64,000 nt of DNA from Desulfomonilia bacterium (GCA_050014195.1 JBEKDT010000001.1:192001-256000), one strand, 5' to 3'. Positions 21,429 to 31,241 are shown, counted from the first letter of the stretch. Notes: generated by a model not told the origin, from the letters alone. Translations and numbers: made by a program.

Positions 21429-22436
21429 TAAACTCAACACCCTTCTGCATGCATCAATCACCTTCTCCGCATCCAATTCCTCAAGGCATCTCCTGTGCGT
21501 GCAAGGCTCCCTGAGATAACAGGGTGAGCAGGCCAGATCTTGCCTCACCACCATGCTTCTTCTATTCTGAGGTGCTACATAGAAGGGGTCTGTGGGGCCG
21601 AAGATGCCTATCGTGGGGATATCCAAGGCCGAGGCCATATGCATGACCCCTGAATCTATGCCCACAAAGAGTTTTGCCTTTTTGATAACCGCTGTGAGCT
21701 CCCTAAGATTGATCTTCCCGGCCAGGTCCACCACCTGATGGACCCCCCCTTTTAGTAACTCTTCAACATGCATGGCAATTGTTCCGGTGCACTCTGCAGT
21801 GTCGTTACCACCCACAAGAACGCAACTGAGACCAAACTCCATGGATAACCTGGCTATGACGGAGGCGAACTTGCGCTCATCCCATGCCTTGGCAAGCCTG
21901 CGCCGGGAAGCCCCGGGCGAGAAAATTGCATACCGCCAGGGCAGCCCTTTGACTGTAACGGGCTCATCTACTTTCAGCAGGCCCACGTAATTATTCTGGG
22001 AGACGGGGATGCTGAGGCGATCAAGAAGCTTGGCATTGTTGAACCACGAGTTGTGGCCCTGAATAACCTCCTTCACGGTGAGCCCCAGGTCCCAGGGTGA
22101 GTGTGCAAAACCGGCCTTAAGGCATGCACCGCTTAATCCCGCTAGGATAAGCGCCTCCTCGGAGTGGGGAAGCGTAATGAGAAGATCATAATGCCCTCGC
22201 AGGAGGGTCCATATGAGGCCAAACCTTGCAAGATTGCCCTCCTTGCGGAGGATGATCTTGTCAACATAAGGGCTGTCGGCGAGCAAGCCTTCCAGGTAAG
22301 GCCTCACGACAGAATGGATAGAGGCCTGAGGGAAATTATCACGAAGCGATTTCAACAGGGGCAGCGAAAAGCACAGGTCACCGATCTGGTTTAAGTGTAT
22401 GACGCAGATCTTGGTGCAGTTCATGCCTGCGATCAT
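21423..22436 (-). CDS. Glycosyltransferase family 9 (heptosyltransferase)
   Basis: NQIGD, KAW, DSGVMHMASAL, FGPT, CSPC...C...C tail. Confidence 0.92.
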   Translation of the reverse strand: MIAGMNCTKICVIHLNQIGDLCFSLPLLKSLRDNFPQASIHSVVRPYLEGLLADSPYVDKIILRKEGNLARFGLIWTLLRGHYDLLITLPHSEEALILAGLSGACLKAGFAHSPWDLGLTVKEVIQGHNSWFNNAKLLDRLSIPVSQNNYVGLLKVDEPVTVKGLPWRYAIFSPGASRRRLAKAWDERKFASVIARLSMEFGLSCVLVGGNDTAECTGTIAMHVEELLKGGVHQVVDLAGKINLRELTAVIKKAKLFVGIDSGVMHMASALDIPTIGIFGPTDPFYVAPQNRRSMVVRQDLACSPCYLREPCTHRRCLEELDAEKVIDACRRVLSLE

Positions 22437-23653
22437 TATAAAAAGAAGTTGTTATCAGCCACCACAGGGATCTCAGAGACTTCCTTGTCCGATTGGATGA
22501 AGTTCTCGATCCACCAGTTCACGTGGTGATAAAAGCACGCGACCTGACTACACTCAAGCCTGGCATTGAACGATTGGATGGAATGTTCCAGCCGGGCATG
22601 GGTGAAATCCAGGTTGGCCTTCCCTCGATATCCGGCCGAATCCCCGATCTTGGCCTGCTCTACACCCCTCAATGCCGGGCAGTGGAAGATGCCGCCGGAG
22701 GTCAGAACGGTCCTGAAGAATTGGCTGTGGCACACCTCGGGTTGAACTTTAAGCTCGTGTACCTTCTGGTCCAGCATGGCCTTTAGGTTAACGCTTTCAA
22801 GGACCTTAACCTCGGTAGAGCCTATCTCTTTGGCAAGAACAAGGTTATTCTTGATATCCTCAATGATCCTTGCTTCCCGCTCGGGATCGGGGGTGTCAAA
22901 GAGCGACTCCTTCTGTGTGGTTTCGAGCCTCAGCAGGCAGGGCTTAAATGAGACATAGTCAAAAGAATATTCCTTGGCAAGACTGACCGCCTGGTCCATC
23001 TCGTTGATATTGGGTGTAAGTTCATATCCGTTCACCGATATCCCATCCCACACGATCACATAGGAGTAACCGGCCTCAACCTTCGGATTGAGTCTCTTTA
23101 TCTCCTGTACATTCTTCAAAATGCCCTCGAGGGTGGTCCTCCCCCGGGGTCGGTGAGACTTGAAAAAGGTGCTCTCCTTGCCTGCATCAATAGAGATCCT
23201 CAGCCAGTCTCCCTCTTTAAGCATATCAGACACTGCGGCAACCCTCTCGAGCCTGGATCCGTTCGTAGCAATACCGACTTGGATACCCCGCTCGCTGACA
23301 AACCTCACGATCTCCTCGAAGTTCTTGTGGATCGTGGGTTCGCCGCCGCCGATGAGTATCACGGAGCGCAATCCATTTTTCTGCAAGGTTTCGATACTCC
23401 GCTTTATGGTACCGAGGTCGAGGTAATCGCCGGTATTGAGCAGCCTCGAGTCCACACAATGAGGACAGGAGAAATTACATGCCGTGGTCAGGTCGAGGTT
23501 TATGGAGATGGGCCCGTATTGGGGAAACTTGGCACTCTCCGCCGACCTCCTCAGCGAGCGCTGCCAAGCGATGTAGGCCCGAAGGCCTTCAAGAACTGAA
23601 GTCTGTCTCAGTTTGGCACTGAAGTCATGTTCTTTTTGTTCCAATCGTTCCAC
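22436..23653 (-). CDS. Radical SAM protein with C-terminal Cys-containing (SPASM/twitch-like) region
   Basis: CNFSCPHC (CxxxCxxC), GGGEPT, TNG, RISID; additional C-terminal cysteines. Confidence 0.9.
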   Translation of the reverse strand: MERLEQKEHDFSAKLRQTSVLEGLRAYIAWQRSLRRSAESAKFPQYGPISINLDLTTACNFSCPHCVDSRLLNTGDYLDLGTIKRSIETLQKNGLRSVILIGGGEPTIHKNFEEIVRFVSERGIQVGIATNGSRLERVAAVSDMLKEGDWLRISIDAGKESTFFKSHRPRGRTTLEGILKNVQEIKRLNPKVEAGYSYVIVWDGISVNGYELTPNINEMDQAVSLAKEYSFDYVSFKPCLLRLETTQKESLFDTPDPEREARIIEDIKNNLVLAKEIGSTEVKVLESVNLKAMLDQKVHELKVQPEVCHSQFFRTVLTSGGIFHCPALRGVEQAKIGDSAGYRGKANLDFTHARLEHSIQSFNARLECSQVACFYHHVNWWIENFIQSDKEVSEIPVVADNNFFL

Positions 23654-23663
23654 TTTATTCCCC

Positions 23664-24623
23664 TTACCTATTCATCGATCCAGCATAAATCTGGTGGAGC
23701 AGTGAGGCGGTTTCGATGATATGCCGCCTCCCGAGTAACGGCTCGGCTCCCGAGCTTACTGCTGTGAGGAAATCGCGCACGGAAAGCCATAATGGGTCAA
23801 CTATCTTTAGGGTTTTGTCCCCATAAGTCAAGTGTATTGTGTACGTCCCAAGGTCAATGTGTCTGGTAACCACACAGCCGTTGAACCCGAAGAAAAACGT
23901 CCTCGGCTGTGCCGTCTCCCTCACCAGTTCAATCAGTGTTTCACATCGGGTATGCTCTGTAAGATAGGTGAACCTGATCATTAGTGAATCATCTCCACCC
24001 TGAAAGGACAAGTCATCTATCTTGCCGCTTCCTGCTGCAAAGTACAGAAGACTCAAGGCATGCGGCACGGAATCAGGGATCATTTCCTGACCTATGGACA
24101 GCGGGGAGAGTCTGATTGAGAACTCCTTGATCCCGGTAGGATCAAGCTTGCCACAGAGCTCTTCATAGATAGGAAGACTAAACGGCCACTGGGAATTCAA
24201 GGAGATCGTTAACCCTTTCTCCTGTGCCTTCGCAAAGATATCCTCAGCCCAAGCTGGTGCATCGGGTACATCGGTGGATATAAACGGCTTCTCACAGAAA
24301 ATATGGACCCCTGCCTCAATGCACTGTTCTATATATGTCTTATGGGTAATGGAAGGGGAGGCTATGGCTACACATTCTACTTGAGCTTCATGGATCATCG
24401 TTGAAAAGTTCGTGTAGGACTGTGCCTTGATACCGTACTTCATGAGATTGGTTGCAGCAGACAAGGCAGTCTTCTCGCTCGAACCAAGAACCCCTGTTAC
24501 CTCTGCCCTGTTATCATGGAAATACTTGGCGATATATTCCCCGATGCCGTTTCTCTTCCGGCCTGCACCGATGATTGCCGCCTTCATGGCCGCACCCATA
24601 TCACAATAGTTACCCTCATACAA
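23664..24623 (-). CDS. Gfo/Idh/MocA family oxidoreductase
   Basis: AIIGAG Rossmann start, IASP..H, HIFCEKP. Confidence 0.85.
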   Translation of the reverse strand: MYEGNYCDMGAAMKAAIIGAGRKRNGIGEYIAKYFHDNRAEVTGVLGSSEKTALSAATNLMKYGIKAQSYTNFSTMIHEAQVECVAIASPSITHKTYIEQCIEAGVHIFCEKPFISTDVPDAPAWAEDIFAKAQEKGLTISLNSQWPFSLPIYEELCGKLDPTGIKEFSIRLSPLSIGQEMIPDSVPHALSLLYFAAGSGKIDDLSFQGGDDSLMIRFTYLTEHTRCETLIELVRETAQPRTFFFGFNGCVVTRHIDLGTYTIHLTYGDKTLKIVDPLWLSVRDFLTAVSSGAEPLLGRRHIIETASLLHQIYAGSMNR

Positions 24624-24764
24624 TCAGTGCCCTCCTCATGATGCACCATCTTCCCCGTCAGGGCAGTTGCGTGCTGATCATTGACATCATGCCACATGGT
24701 AACTATTACCTTAATAGAAAAAGATTGACAAAAAATTCATCATCTTAAACAGTCTAAAGAGAGT

Positions 24765-26564
24765 ATGAAGAAAAAACCAGGAATCATCTCATATGACAAC
24801 TCAAGAACAAATCCACAAAGCTCTATCCTCGTCTCCGGTCGAACCATTCCAGTAGAAAACATCTGCGAGACCCTCTTTAATTCCGCCAACTTCGGCATCA
24901 TCGCCGCAGATACTGAGGGATATGTATTATTTATCAATCCTTTTGCAAGATCACTGCTTGATTTCCAAAAGGATATATCGAACCGCGCAACAAAAATACA
25001 CGTCATCGACAAAGACCTCTGGAATGAATACCGTAAGATCATCGAGACAGGCGAACCGCAGCTCAATGTACCTGCCCAACACAACGGCAAGCTCCTGGTG
25101 AGCCATCGACTTCCCATTGTTCAAAACGGCAAGATTATAGGCGCAATGAGCATTTTCAAGCTCTTGGAGACCTACGAGGAGCTTGCCAACGATATATTCA
25201 AACTAAAAGAATATACCCACGAGATCGAGGCCATCATCGAGTCCTCCTATGACGGCATCTATGTAACCGACGGAGATGCGAACACAATCAGGGTCAACTC
25301 TGCCTATGAGAAGATCACTGGAATTAAGGCATCTGAAGTCATAGGGAAAAATATGAATGATCTGGTAAAAGAAGGATATTTTGATGAGAGTGTGAGCTTG
25401 AAGGTTAAAGAAGAAAAAAAACCTGTTACAATCCACCAGACCTTGAAATCCGGCAAGAGCATCCTGGTTACGGGTAACCCCATCTTTGACGAGAACGGCA
25501 AGATCAAAATGATCGTCACCAATGTCCGTGACATGACCGGGCTCGTGGAGCTCCAGCAGCAGCTGGAATACACCAAGGGCATGACAAAGGCCTATAGAGA
25601 CATCCTGAAGTCGTTGCAGCAGACCTCGGCCCGTGAGAATGACATCATCATGGTCTCGGAGCCCATGCTCCATATCCAGGAGCTCCTGGACCGCGTTTGC
25701 AGGACGAATGCTACCGTGCTTATCTATGGAGAGACCGGTGTAGGAAAAGACCGCATCGCCGAGGAGATCCATGAGAAGTCCGACCGGGCCGAGGGCGGAA
25801 TCTTTGTAAAGATCAACTGTGGGGCGATTCCGGAAAACCTTCTGGAGAGCGAGCTCTTCGGTTATGATCGAGGGGCATTCACCGGGGCGCGCAAGGAAGG
25901 GAAGTCCGGGCTCTTTGAGGTGGCGCACAAAGGAACCTTGTTCCTTGATGAGGTCGAATCCATGCCGATGTTGCTTCAATCCAAGCTGTTACGCGTCCTA
26001 CAGAACTTCGAGATCACGCGTGTAGGTGGGACCAAACCCCTCAAGGTGGATGTGAGGCTCATCTGCGCCTCCAATCAGGACTTGAAGGAGCTCATTTCTA
26101 AAAAGCTTTTCAGAGCCGATCTTTTTTACCGGCTGAATGTCATTCCTATCTATATACCTCCTTTGCATGAACGGCGAGACGACATCCCATACCTCGTGCA
26201 CTTCTTCCTGAACCGGTACAACAAAAAACACGGCACCAAGAAGGTATTATCGAAAGAAGCCATGGATCATCTGATCACCTATACGTGGCCGGGCAATGTC
26301 CGCGAGGTGGCCAATGTAATAGAGCGACTTGTGGTCATCACCCATGGTGACTATATCCTGCCGAACAACCTTCCCAGGGAGATCTTTGAAAGAACCGGCA
26401 AAGATTTCATTGAGAACGGGCTTACACTGAAAGAACAGGTGGACAAGATCGAGATCTCCATCATCCGCAAGGCAATAGAGAAGTATGGCAGTGCACGCAA
26501 GGCTGCTCCCCACCTTGGTATGGATTCCACATCGCTCACCCGGAAACTGAAGAAATATTCCTGA
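24765..26564 (+). CDS. Sigma54-dependent transcriptional activator (PAS-PAS-AAA+-HTH)
   Basis: Two PAS-like segments; GETGVGK, ESELFG, GAFTGA, LFLDE, FRADLFYRL, WPGNVRE; C-terminal HTH. Confidence 0.96.
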   Translation: MKKKPGIISYDNSRTNPQSSILVSGRTIPVENICETLFNSANFGIIAADTEGYVLFINPFARSLLDFQKDISNRATKIHVIDKDLWNEYRKIIETGEPQLNVPAQHNGKLLVSHRLPIVQNGKIIGAMSIFKLLETYEELANDIFKLKEYTHEIEAIIESSYDGIYVTDGDANTIRVNSAYEKITGIKASEVIGKNMNDLVKEGYFDESVSLKVKEEKKPVTIHQTLKSGKSILVTGNPIFDENGKIKMIVTNVRDMTGLVELQQQLEYTKGMTKAYRDILKSLQQTSARENDIIMVSEPMLHIQELLDRVCRTNATVLIYGETGVGKDRIAEEIHEKSDRAEGGIFVKINCGAIPENLLESELFGYDRGAFTGARKEGKSGLFEVAHKGTLFLDEVESMPMLLQSKLLRVLQNFEITRVGGTKPLKVDVRLICASNQDLKELISKKLFRADLFYRLNVIPIYIPPLHERRDDIPYLVHFFLNRYNKKHGTKKVLSKEAMDHLITYTWPGNVREVANVIERLVVITHGDYILPNNLPREIFERTGKDFIENGLTLKEQVDKIEISIIRKAIEKYGSARKAAPHLGMDSTSLTRKLKKYS

Positions 26565-26590
26565 GGCCATCAAAAGATAAGGTCCTTTTA

Positions 26591-26778
26591 ATGCAATTAT
26601 GCATCGGGGGACTGAATCTACCCGACAACCCTTATTGGTGCCTTGGTATTTTAGAAAAATATCAGAGAACATCCCTGGATGATTATGCAATATTGCATCA
26701 TACCCTGAAAAAACATCAACTTCAATTAATTACAAATGGTTATAATTGCGCCAAAGCATTGTCGATGCATCATTGCAT
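26591..26778. promoter_or_regulatory. Three palindromic ATGCA-N4-TGCAT sites, putative activator binding sites
   Basis: ATGCAATTATGCAT 26591-26604, ATGCAATATTGCAT 26685-26698 (perfect palindrome), ATGCATCATTGCAT 26765-26778. Confidence 0.7.
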
Positions 26779-26889
26779 CATTTTGCAGTATTGGATCTTC
26801 ATCTTCCCTGTAACAGCGCTAAAAATCGATACATCTATCTACCTGTTTTTACTTCTATCTCTAGTTGTTTTCAAACAATCAGAACACTA

Positions 26890-26906
26890 TGGCATCCTTT
26901 TTGTAA
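26890..26906 (+). promoter_or_regulatory. Sigma54 (-24/-12) promoter of the abfD operon
   Basis: TGGCAT-CCTTT-TTGTAA; GG-N10-GT variant of GG-N10-GC, about 100 nt before abfD, next to a sigma54 activator gene. Confidence 0.65.
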
Positions 26907-27004
26907 CATAGGGCCGGGGGAATGGATGAACATCGAGGGATCAACCGTTACAGCAAATCATACAACCAGGATGATCCAAGGATAAAGAACACACGGAGGA
27001 TCGT

Positions 27005-28471
27005 ATGAGCAAACTGATGAATGCGAAAGAGTATGAAGAGAGTCTGAGGAAGCTGAAGCTGAACGTGTACATGTTCGGCAAGAAGGTAGAAAACGTAGTG
27101 GATGACCCGATAATAAGGCCCTCCATGAATGCGGTGGCCGCCACCTACGAATTTGCCCACAGGCCGGAATATGAAGATATCATGACCGCCAAGTCCCATA
27201 TCACGGGCAAGAAGATCAACCGCTTCACCCATATTCACCAGAGCGTGGAAGACCTGGTGAAGAAGAGCAAGATGGGAAGGCTCCTGGGGTCTCTGACCGC
27301 CTGCTGCTTTCAGCGCTGCGTGGGCATGGACGCCATGAATTCGCTTTCTATCGTAACCTATGCCATAGATCAGAAGTGCGGCACGGAGTATAACAAGCGT
27401 TTTCTGAAATATCTCGAATACGTTCAGGAGAACGACCTGGTCTGTGACGGTGCCATGACCGACACCAAGGGTGACCGTTCCCAGCCTCCTCACAAGCAGT
27501 TTGACCAGGATATGTTTCTCCATGTGGTGGAAGAGAAGAAGGACGGCATCGTGGTCAGGGGGTCGAAGGCCCATCAGACCGGTGCGGTCAACTCTCACGA
27601 GATCATCGTAATGCCCACCATCACCATGCGGGAAGAGGACAAGGATTTCGCGGTTGCCTTTGCGCTTCCCAGCGATACCAAAGGCATCACCTATATCATG
27701 GGCCGGCAGTCCTGCGACACGCGGAAGCTCGAAGGAATGACCTTTGATCGCGGCAACATGTTCTACGGCGGTCATGAGGCCCTGGTGGTCTTTGATAATG
27801 TGTTTGTGCCCTGGGAGCGGGTCTTCATGTATAAGGAGTATGACTTCACGACCCAGCTCGTCGAGAGCTTCTCTGCGTACCACCGTCAGAGCTACGCGTG
27901 CAAGGTAGGGGTGGGCGATGTGCTCATCGGCGCGACGCAGACCGTTGCGGAGTACAACGGGGCAGAAAAGGCATCGCACGTCAAAGACAAGATCGTGGAG
28001 ATGAACCACCTGAACGAGACGCTGTTCTGCGGCTGCATCGCCTGTGCATCCGAGGGGCACCGTGAGGCGAGCGGGACCTATCTTGTGGATGTTCTTCTGG
28101 CCAATGTGCACAAGCAGAATGTCACGCGGTTCCCCTATGAGATCGCCAGGCTCGCCCAGGACATCGCGGGCGGTGTAGTGGTCACCTGTCCATCGGAAGC
28201 GGACCTTAACTCGCCGGTGGTGGGTAAGTGGGTGAAGAAATACTATCAGACAAAGGCGGACGTCCCCACAGAATACCGGATGAGGATATTGAGGCTTATC
28301 GAAAACATCACCATGGGCACTGCAGCAGTAGGTTACCTCACCGAGTCCATGCATGGGGCGGGCTCACCACAGGCGCAGCGGATCATGATCGCCAGGCTTG
28401 TAAACATGAAGCAGAAGCAGAAGATTGCGAAAGAACTGTGCGGAATCGTCAAGGGCGACCAGATAAGCTGA
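27005..28471 (+). CDS. abfD: 4-hydroxybutyryl-CoA dehydratase / vinylacetyl-CoA isomerase
   Basis: CFQRCVGMD (CxxxC), YHRQSYACK (His and Cys cluster ligands), TESMHGAGSPQAQR; upstream of a CoA-transferase. Confidence 0.93.
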   Translation: MSKLMNAKEYEESLRKLKLNVYMFGKKVENVVDDPIIRPSMNAVAATYEFAHRPEYEDIMTAKSHITGKKINRFTHIHQSVEDLVKKSKMGRLLGSLTACCFQRCVGMDAMNSLSIVTYAIDQKCGTEYNKRFLKYLEYVQENDLVCDGAMTDTKGDRSQPPHKQFDQDMFLHVVEEKKDGIVVRGSKAHQTGAVNSHEIIVMPTITMREEDKDFAVAFALPSDTKGITYIMGRQSCDTRKLEGMTFDRGNMFYGGHEALVVFDNVFVPWERVFMYKEYDFTTQLVESFSAYHRQSYACKVGVGDVLIGATQTVAEYNGAEKASHVKDKIVEMNHLNETLFCGCIACASEGHREASGTYLVDVLLANVHKQNVTRFPYEIARLAQDIAGGVVVTCPSEADLNSPVVGKWVKKYYQTKADVPTEYRMRILRLIENITMGTAAVGYLTESMHGAGSPQAQRIMIARLVNMKQKQKIAKELCGIVKGDQIS

Positions 28472-28725
28472 AAGTGGGCCTGAAGTTCTGTGGTGGATGT
28501 CGGGCCCAATATGACCGTGTCGGGATAGTCAATTCCCTTAAGGAGCGACTTGCCGACAATGTGGAATTTGTAGCCGCGGACAGCGAGGATGCAGAAGAAA
28601 TCATAATTGTGAGCGGATGCAATACGGCATGCACAAAACTGGAAGCAGTCCATGACCGTCCCACACGGTACATCACAAGCCCGGATGATGCAGAACGATG
28701 GATAAAAGAGATATTAAAATCTTAA
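28468..28725 (+). CDS. Small CGGC-motif hypothetical protein
   Basis: (M)KVGLKFCGGCRAQYDR...IIVSGCNTAC; probable CTG start overlapping the abfD stop (CTGA); GTG 28474 is the alternative. Confidence 0.75.
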   Translation: MKVGLKFCGGCRAQYDRVGIVNSLKERLADNVEFVAADSEDAEEIIIVSGCNTACTKLEAVHDRPTRYITSPDDAERWIKEILKS

Positions 28726-28739
28726 ATAAGGGGTAGGCA

Positions 28740-30044
28740 GTGAAAAACTGGCGTGAGATCTACAAAAGCAGGATTGTCAGCGCGGCTGAGGCAGTACGCC
28801 ATATCAAATCCGGCAACCGGGTTGTGGTTGCACATGCCAGCGGATCTCCCGAGCTCCTGTTAAAGGCCCTTGTGAACAACAAAGATGCCTACAAGAACGT
28901 GGAGATCGTTCACATGGTGTCCATGGGTGCATCCGAATACTGCCTGCCGGGCCTCGAAAAACATTTCGTCCACAACTCGCTTTTTGCAGGTGCCACCACG
29001 CGCAAGGCCATTCACGACGGAAGGGCTCACTTTACCGTATCCCACTTCAGCCAGATACCCAGACTGTTCACCGAGAAGATCCTGCCGGTGGATGTGACCA
29101 TGTGCATGGTCTCCCGACCCGACGAGCACGGGTTTTGTTCCTTCGGTGTCTCAGTGGACTATACCAAACCCGCCGCAGAGAGCTCCAAGATCGTCATCGC
29201 CGAGGTGACACCGAACATGCCGAGGACCCTTGGCGATGCCTTCATCCACGTCTCGGAGATAGATTACATCGTGGAGTGCGAATCCAAGCCCATTATCCTG
29301 CAGCCACCCAAGATATCCGAAACCGATGAGAAGATCGGCGGGTACTGTGCGGAGCTCATCAAGGACGGCGACTGCCTGCAGCTGGGTATCGGCGCGGTGC
29401 CGGACGCCATCCTCGGGTTCCTCAAACACAAGAAGGACTTGGGCATACACACCGAGATGTTCTCGGATGGTGTGGTAGACCTCGTTGAGGCAGGTGTCAT
29501 CACCTGCGCTAGGAAAAATTTCCATCCGGACAAGATGGTGGCCACCTTCTTCATGGGGACCGAGAAGCTTTACAAGTTTGTGCATAACAACCCCATGGTG
29601 CAGATGTTCCCCGTGAATATCACAAACAACCCTGCCATCATTGCCCAAAACGACAATATGGTGTCTATCAACTCCACACTCCAGGTGGACCTCAACGGCC
29701 AGGCCGCTTCCGAGTCCATAGGGTACAAGCAGTTCAGCGGCACGGGCGGGCAGGCCGATTTCGTACGCGGGGCCGCGTGGTCCAAGGGCGGCCGGTCGAT
29801 ACTTGCCTTCCATTCCACCGCATCAGGCGGAAAGATCTCCCGCATCGTTACCCATCTGGACGAGGGGGCTGTGGTCACCACAACACGCAGCGACATCCAC
29901 TATGTGGTAACCGAATACGGCATAGCAGACCTTCGCGGTAAATCCGTCCCGGAGAGGGCCAAGGCCCTCATCAATATCGCTCACCCTGACTTCAAGGGTG
30001 AGCTTAAGAAGGAATTCCAGCGCATCTACAACAGAAAAGTATAG
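28740..30044 (+). CDS. 4-hydroxybutyrate CoA-transferase (acetyl-CoA hydrolase/transferase family, Cat2/AbfT-like)
   Basis: LQLGIGAVP, LGIHTEM, GTGGQADFVRGA, VTEYGIADLRGK; context after abfD. Confidence 0.9.
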   Translation: MKNWREIYKSRIVSAAEAVRHIKSGNRVVVAHASGSPELLLKALVNNKDAYKNVEIVHMVSMGASEYCLPGLEKHFVHNSLFAGATTRKAIHDGRAHFTVSHFSQIPRLFTEKILPVDVTMCMVSRPDEHGFCSFGVSVDYTKPAAESSKIVIAEVTPNMPRTLGDAFIHVSEIDYIVECESKPIILQPPKISETDEKIGGYCAELIKDGDCLQLGIGAVPDAILGFLKHKKDLGIHTEMFSDGVVDLVEAGVITCARKNFHPDKMVATFFMGTEKLYKFVHNNPMVQMFPVNITNNPAIIAQNDNMVSINSTLQVDLNGQAASESIGYKQFSGTGGQADFVRGAAWSKGGRSILAFHSTASGGKISRIVTHLDEGAVVTTTRSDIHYVVTEYGIADLRGKSVPERAKALINIAHPDFKGELKKEFQRIYNRKV

Positions 30045-30089
30045 GCATGAAGGCCGTGGATACAAGAGAAAAGAAGGAGGTGTAGGGAT

Positions 30090-31241
30090 ATGATAAAGAT
30101 ATTCAGCACAACCCCTCGCATAGTGATGGGGCCTGGATCAGCAAAGACCATCGGCGTAGAGGTGAAGGCACGGGGAGCAAAGAGGGTTCTGATCGTAACC
30201 GACAAGGGCGTTATCGGTGCAGGGCTCTTGAACTCCATAGAAGAATCCTTCAAGGCTGCAAAGATCAAATATTCCATCTTCGACAAGGTGGAGCCGGACC
30301 CACGCTACGAGATCGTGGCGGACTGCGTAAAGATGGCTGAGGCTTCTCGCGCCCAGATGCTCGTCGGGATAGGCGGCGGCAGCCCCATGGACATCACCAA
30401 GACCTCTGCGGTCATGCTCACGAACAACGGGCCCATCGGTGCATACTTCGGCACCAACCTTATCCCGAAGCCCGGTCTTCCCACCATCCTTATCCCCACG
30501 ACAGCCGGCACCGGTAGCGAGGTGACACCCATCGCCATCCTGTCGGATGAAGGCGAGAAGCTCAAGAAGGGTATCGTAAGCCCCTACCTCTTCCCGGCCA
30601 TCGGCATACTGGACCCTGAGCTCACCGTCGGCCTGCCGCCCCATGTGACCGCAGCCACCGGCATGGATGCACTCATCCACGCCATCGAGGCCTATACGTC
30701 CATAAACGCCTCCACCATCACCGACATGTACTGCATCAAGGCCATCGAACTCATCTACAAGAACATCCGCATAGCATACGCCAAGGGCGATAACATGGAT
30801 GCACGCACAGCCATGATGGAAGGGGCACTGCTCGCCGGCATCGCATTCGCCAATGCCGGGGTCACTGCCGTGCATGCCTTTGCATACCCAATAGGAGCTG
30901 AATTCCACATCCCCCACGGTATTGCGAACACCCTCATGCTCCCGCACGTGATCCGCTTCAACGTGCTCGGGAATCTTGAAAAGTTCGCCCAGCTCGCCAA
31001 ACCCTTCTGCATACCCACTGAAGGTCTCGATAACTTAGCAATCGTGGACAAGGTGATCGCCGCCATCGACCGCCTTGCCGACGACATCCGGGTGCCGCGC
31101 CATCTCGCGGATTTCGGCGTAAAGGAGAAAGATATAAACATGCTAGCAGACGGGGTCATGAAGGTGACCCGGCTGCTGGCAAACAACCCGCGCACGCTCA
31201 CGCTGGACGATGCCAAGAGGATCTACAAGGCTGCTCTGTAA
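30090..31241 (+). CDS. Iron-containing alcohol dehydrogenase (probable 4-hydroxybutyrate dehydrogenase by context)
   Basis: GGGSPMD, PTTAGTGSEVT, DALIHAIE, HAFAY, PHG. Confidence 0.88.
   Translation: MIKIFSTTPRIVMGPGSAKTIGVEVKARGAKRVLIVTDKGVIGAGLLNSIEESFKAAKIKYSIFDKVEPDPRYEIVADCVKMAEASRAQMLVGIGGGSPMDITKTSAVMLTNNGPIGAYFGTNLIPKPGLPTILIPTTAGTGSEVTPIAILSDEGEKLKKGIVSPYLFPAIGILDPELTVGLPPHVTAATGMDALIHAIEAYTSINASTITDMYCIKAIELIYKNIRIAYAKGDNMDARTAMMEGALLAGIAFANAGVTAVHAFAYPIGAEFHIPHGIANTLMLPHVIRFNVLGNLEKFAQLAKPFCIPTEGLDNLAIVDKVIAAIDRLADDIRVPRHLADFGVKEKDINMLADGVMKVTRLLANNPRTLTLDDAKRIYKAAL

Noticed and set aside
26948-28354. 468-aa ORF antisense to abfD
   Set aside because: It is in exact codon register with abfD, as expected when the sense gene avoids TTA/CTA/TCA codons; it has no recognisable motifs. 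Shadow ORF.
28228-28467. N-terminal 80 codons of the 165-aa ORF in the track
   Set aside because: They overlap abfD out of frame; protein-like sequence begins only at the abfD stop.
27005-28471. Calling this gene 4-hydroxyphenylacetate 3-hydroxylase
   Set aside because: Same fold family, but the Cys/His Fe-S ligands and the CoA-transferase/gabT context indicate AbfD.
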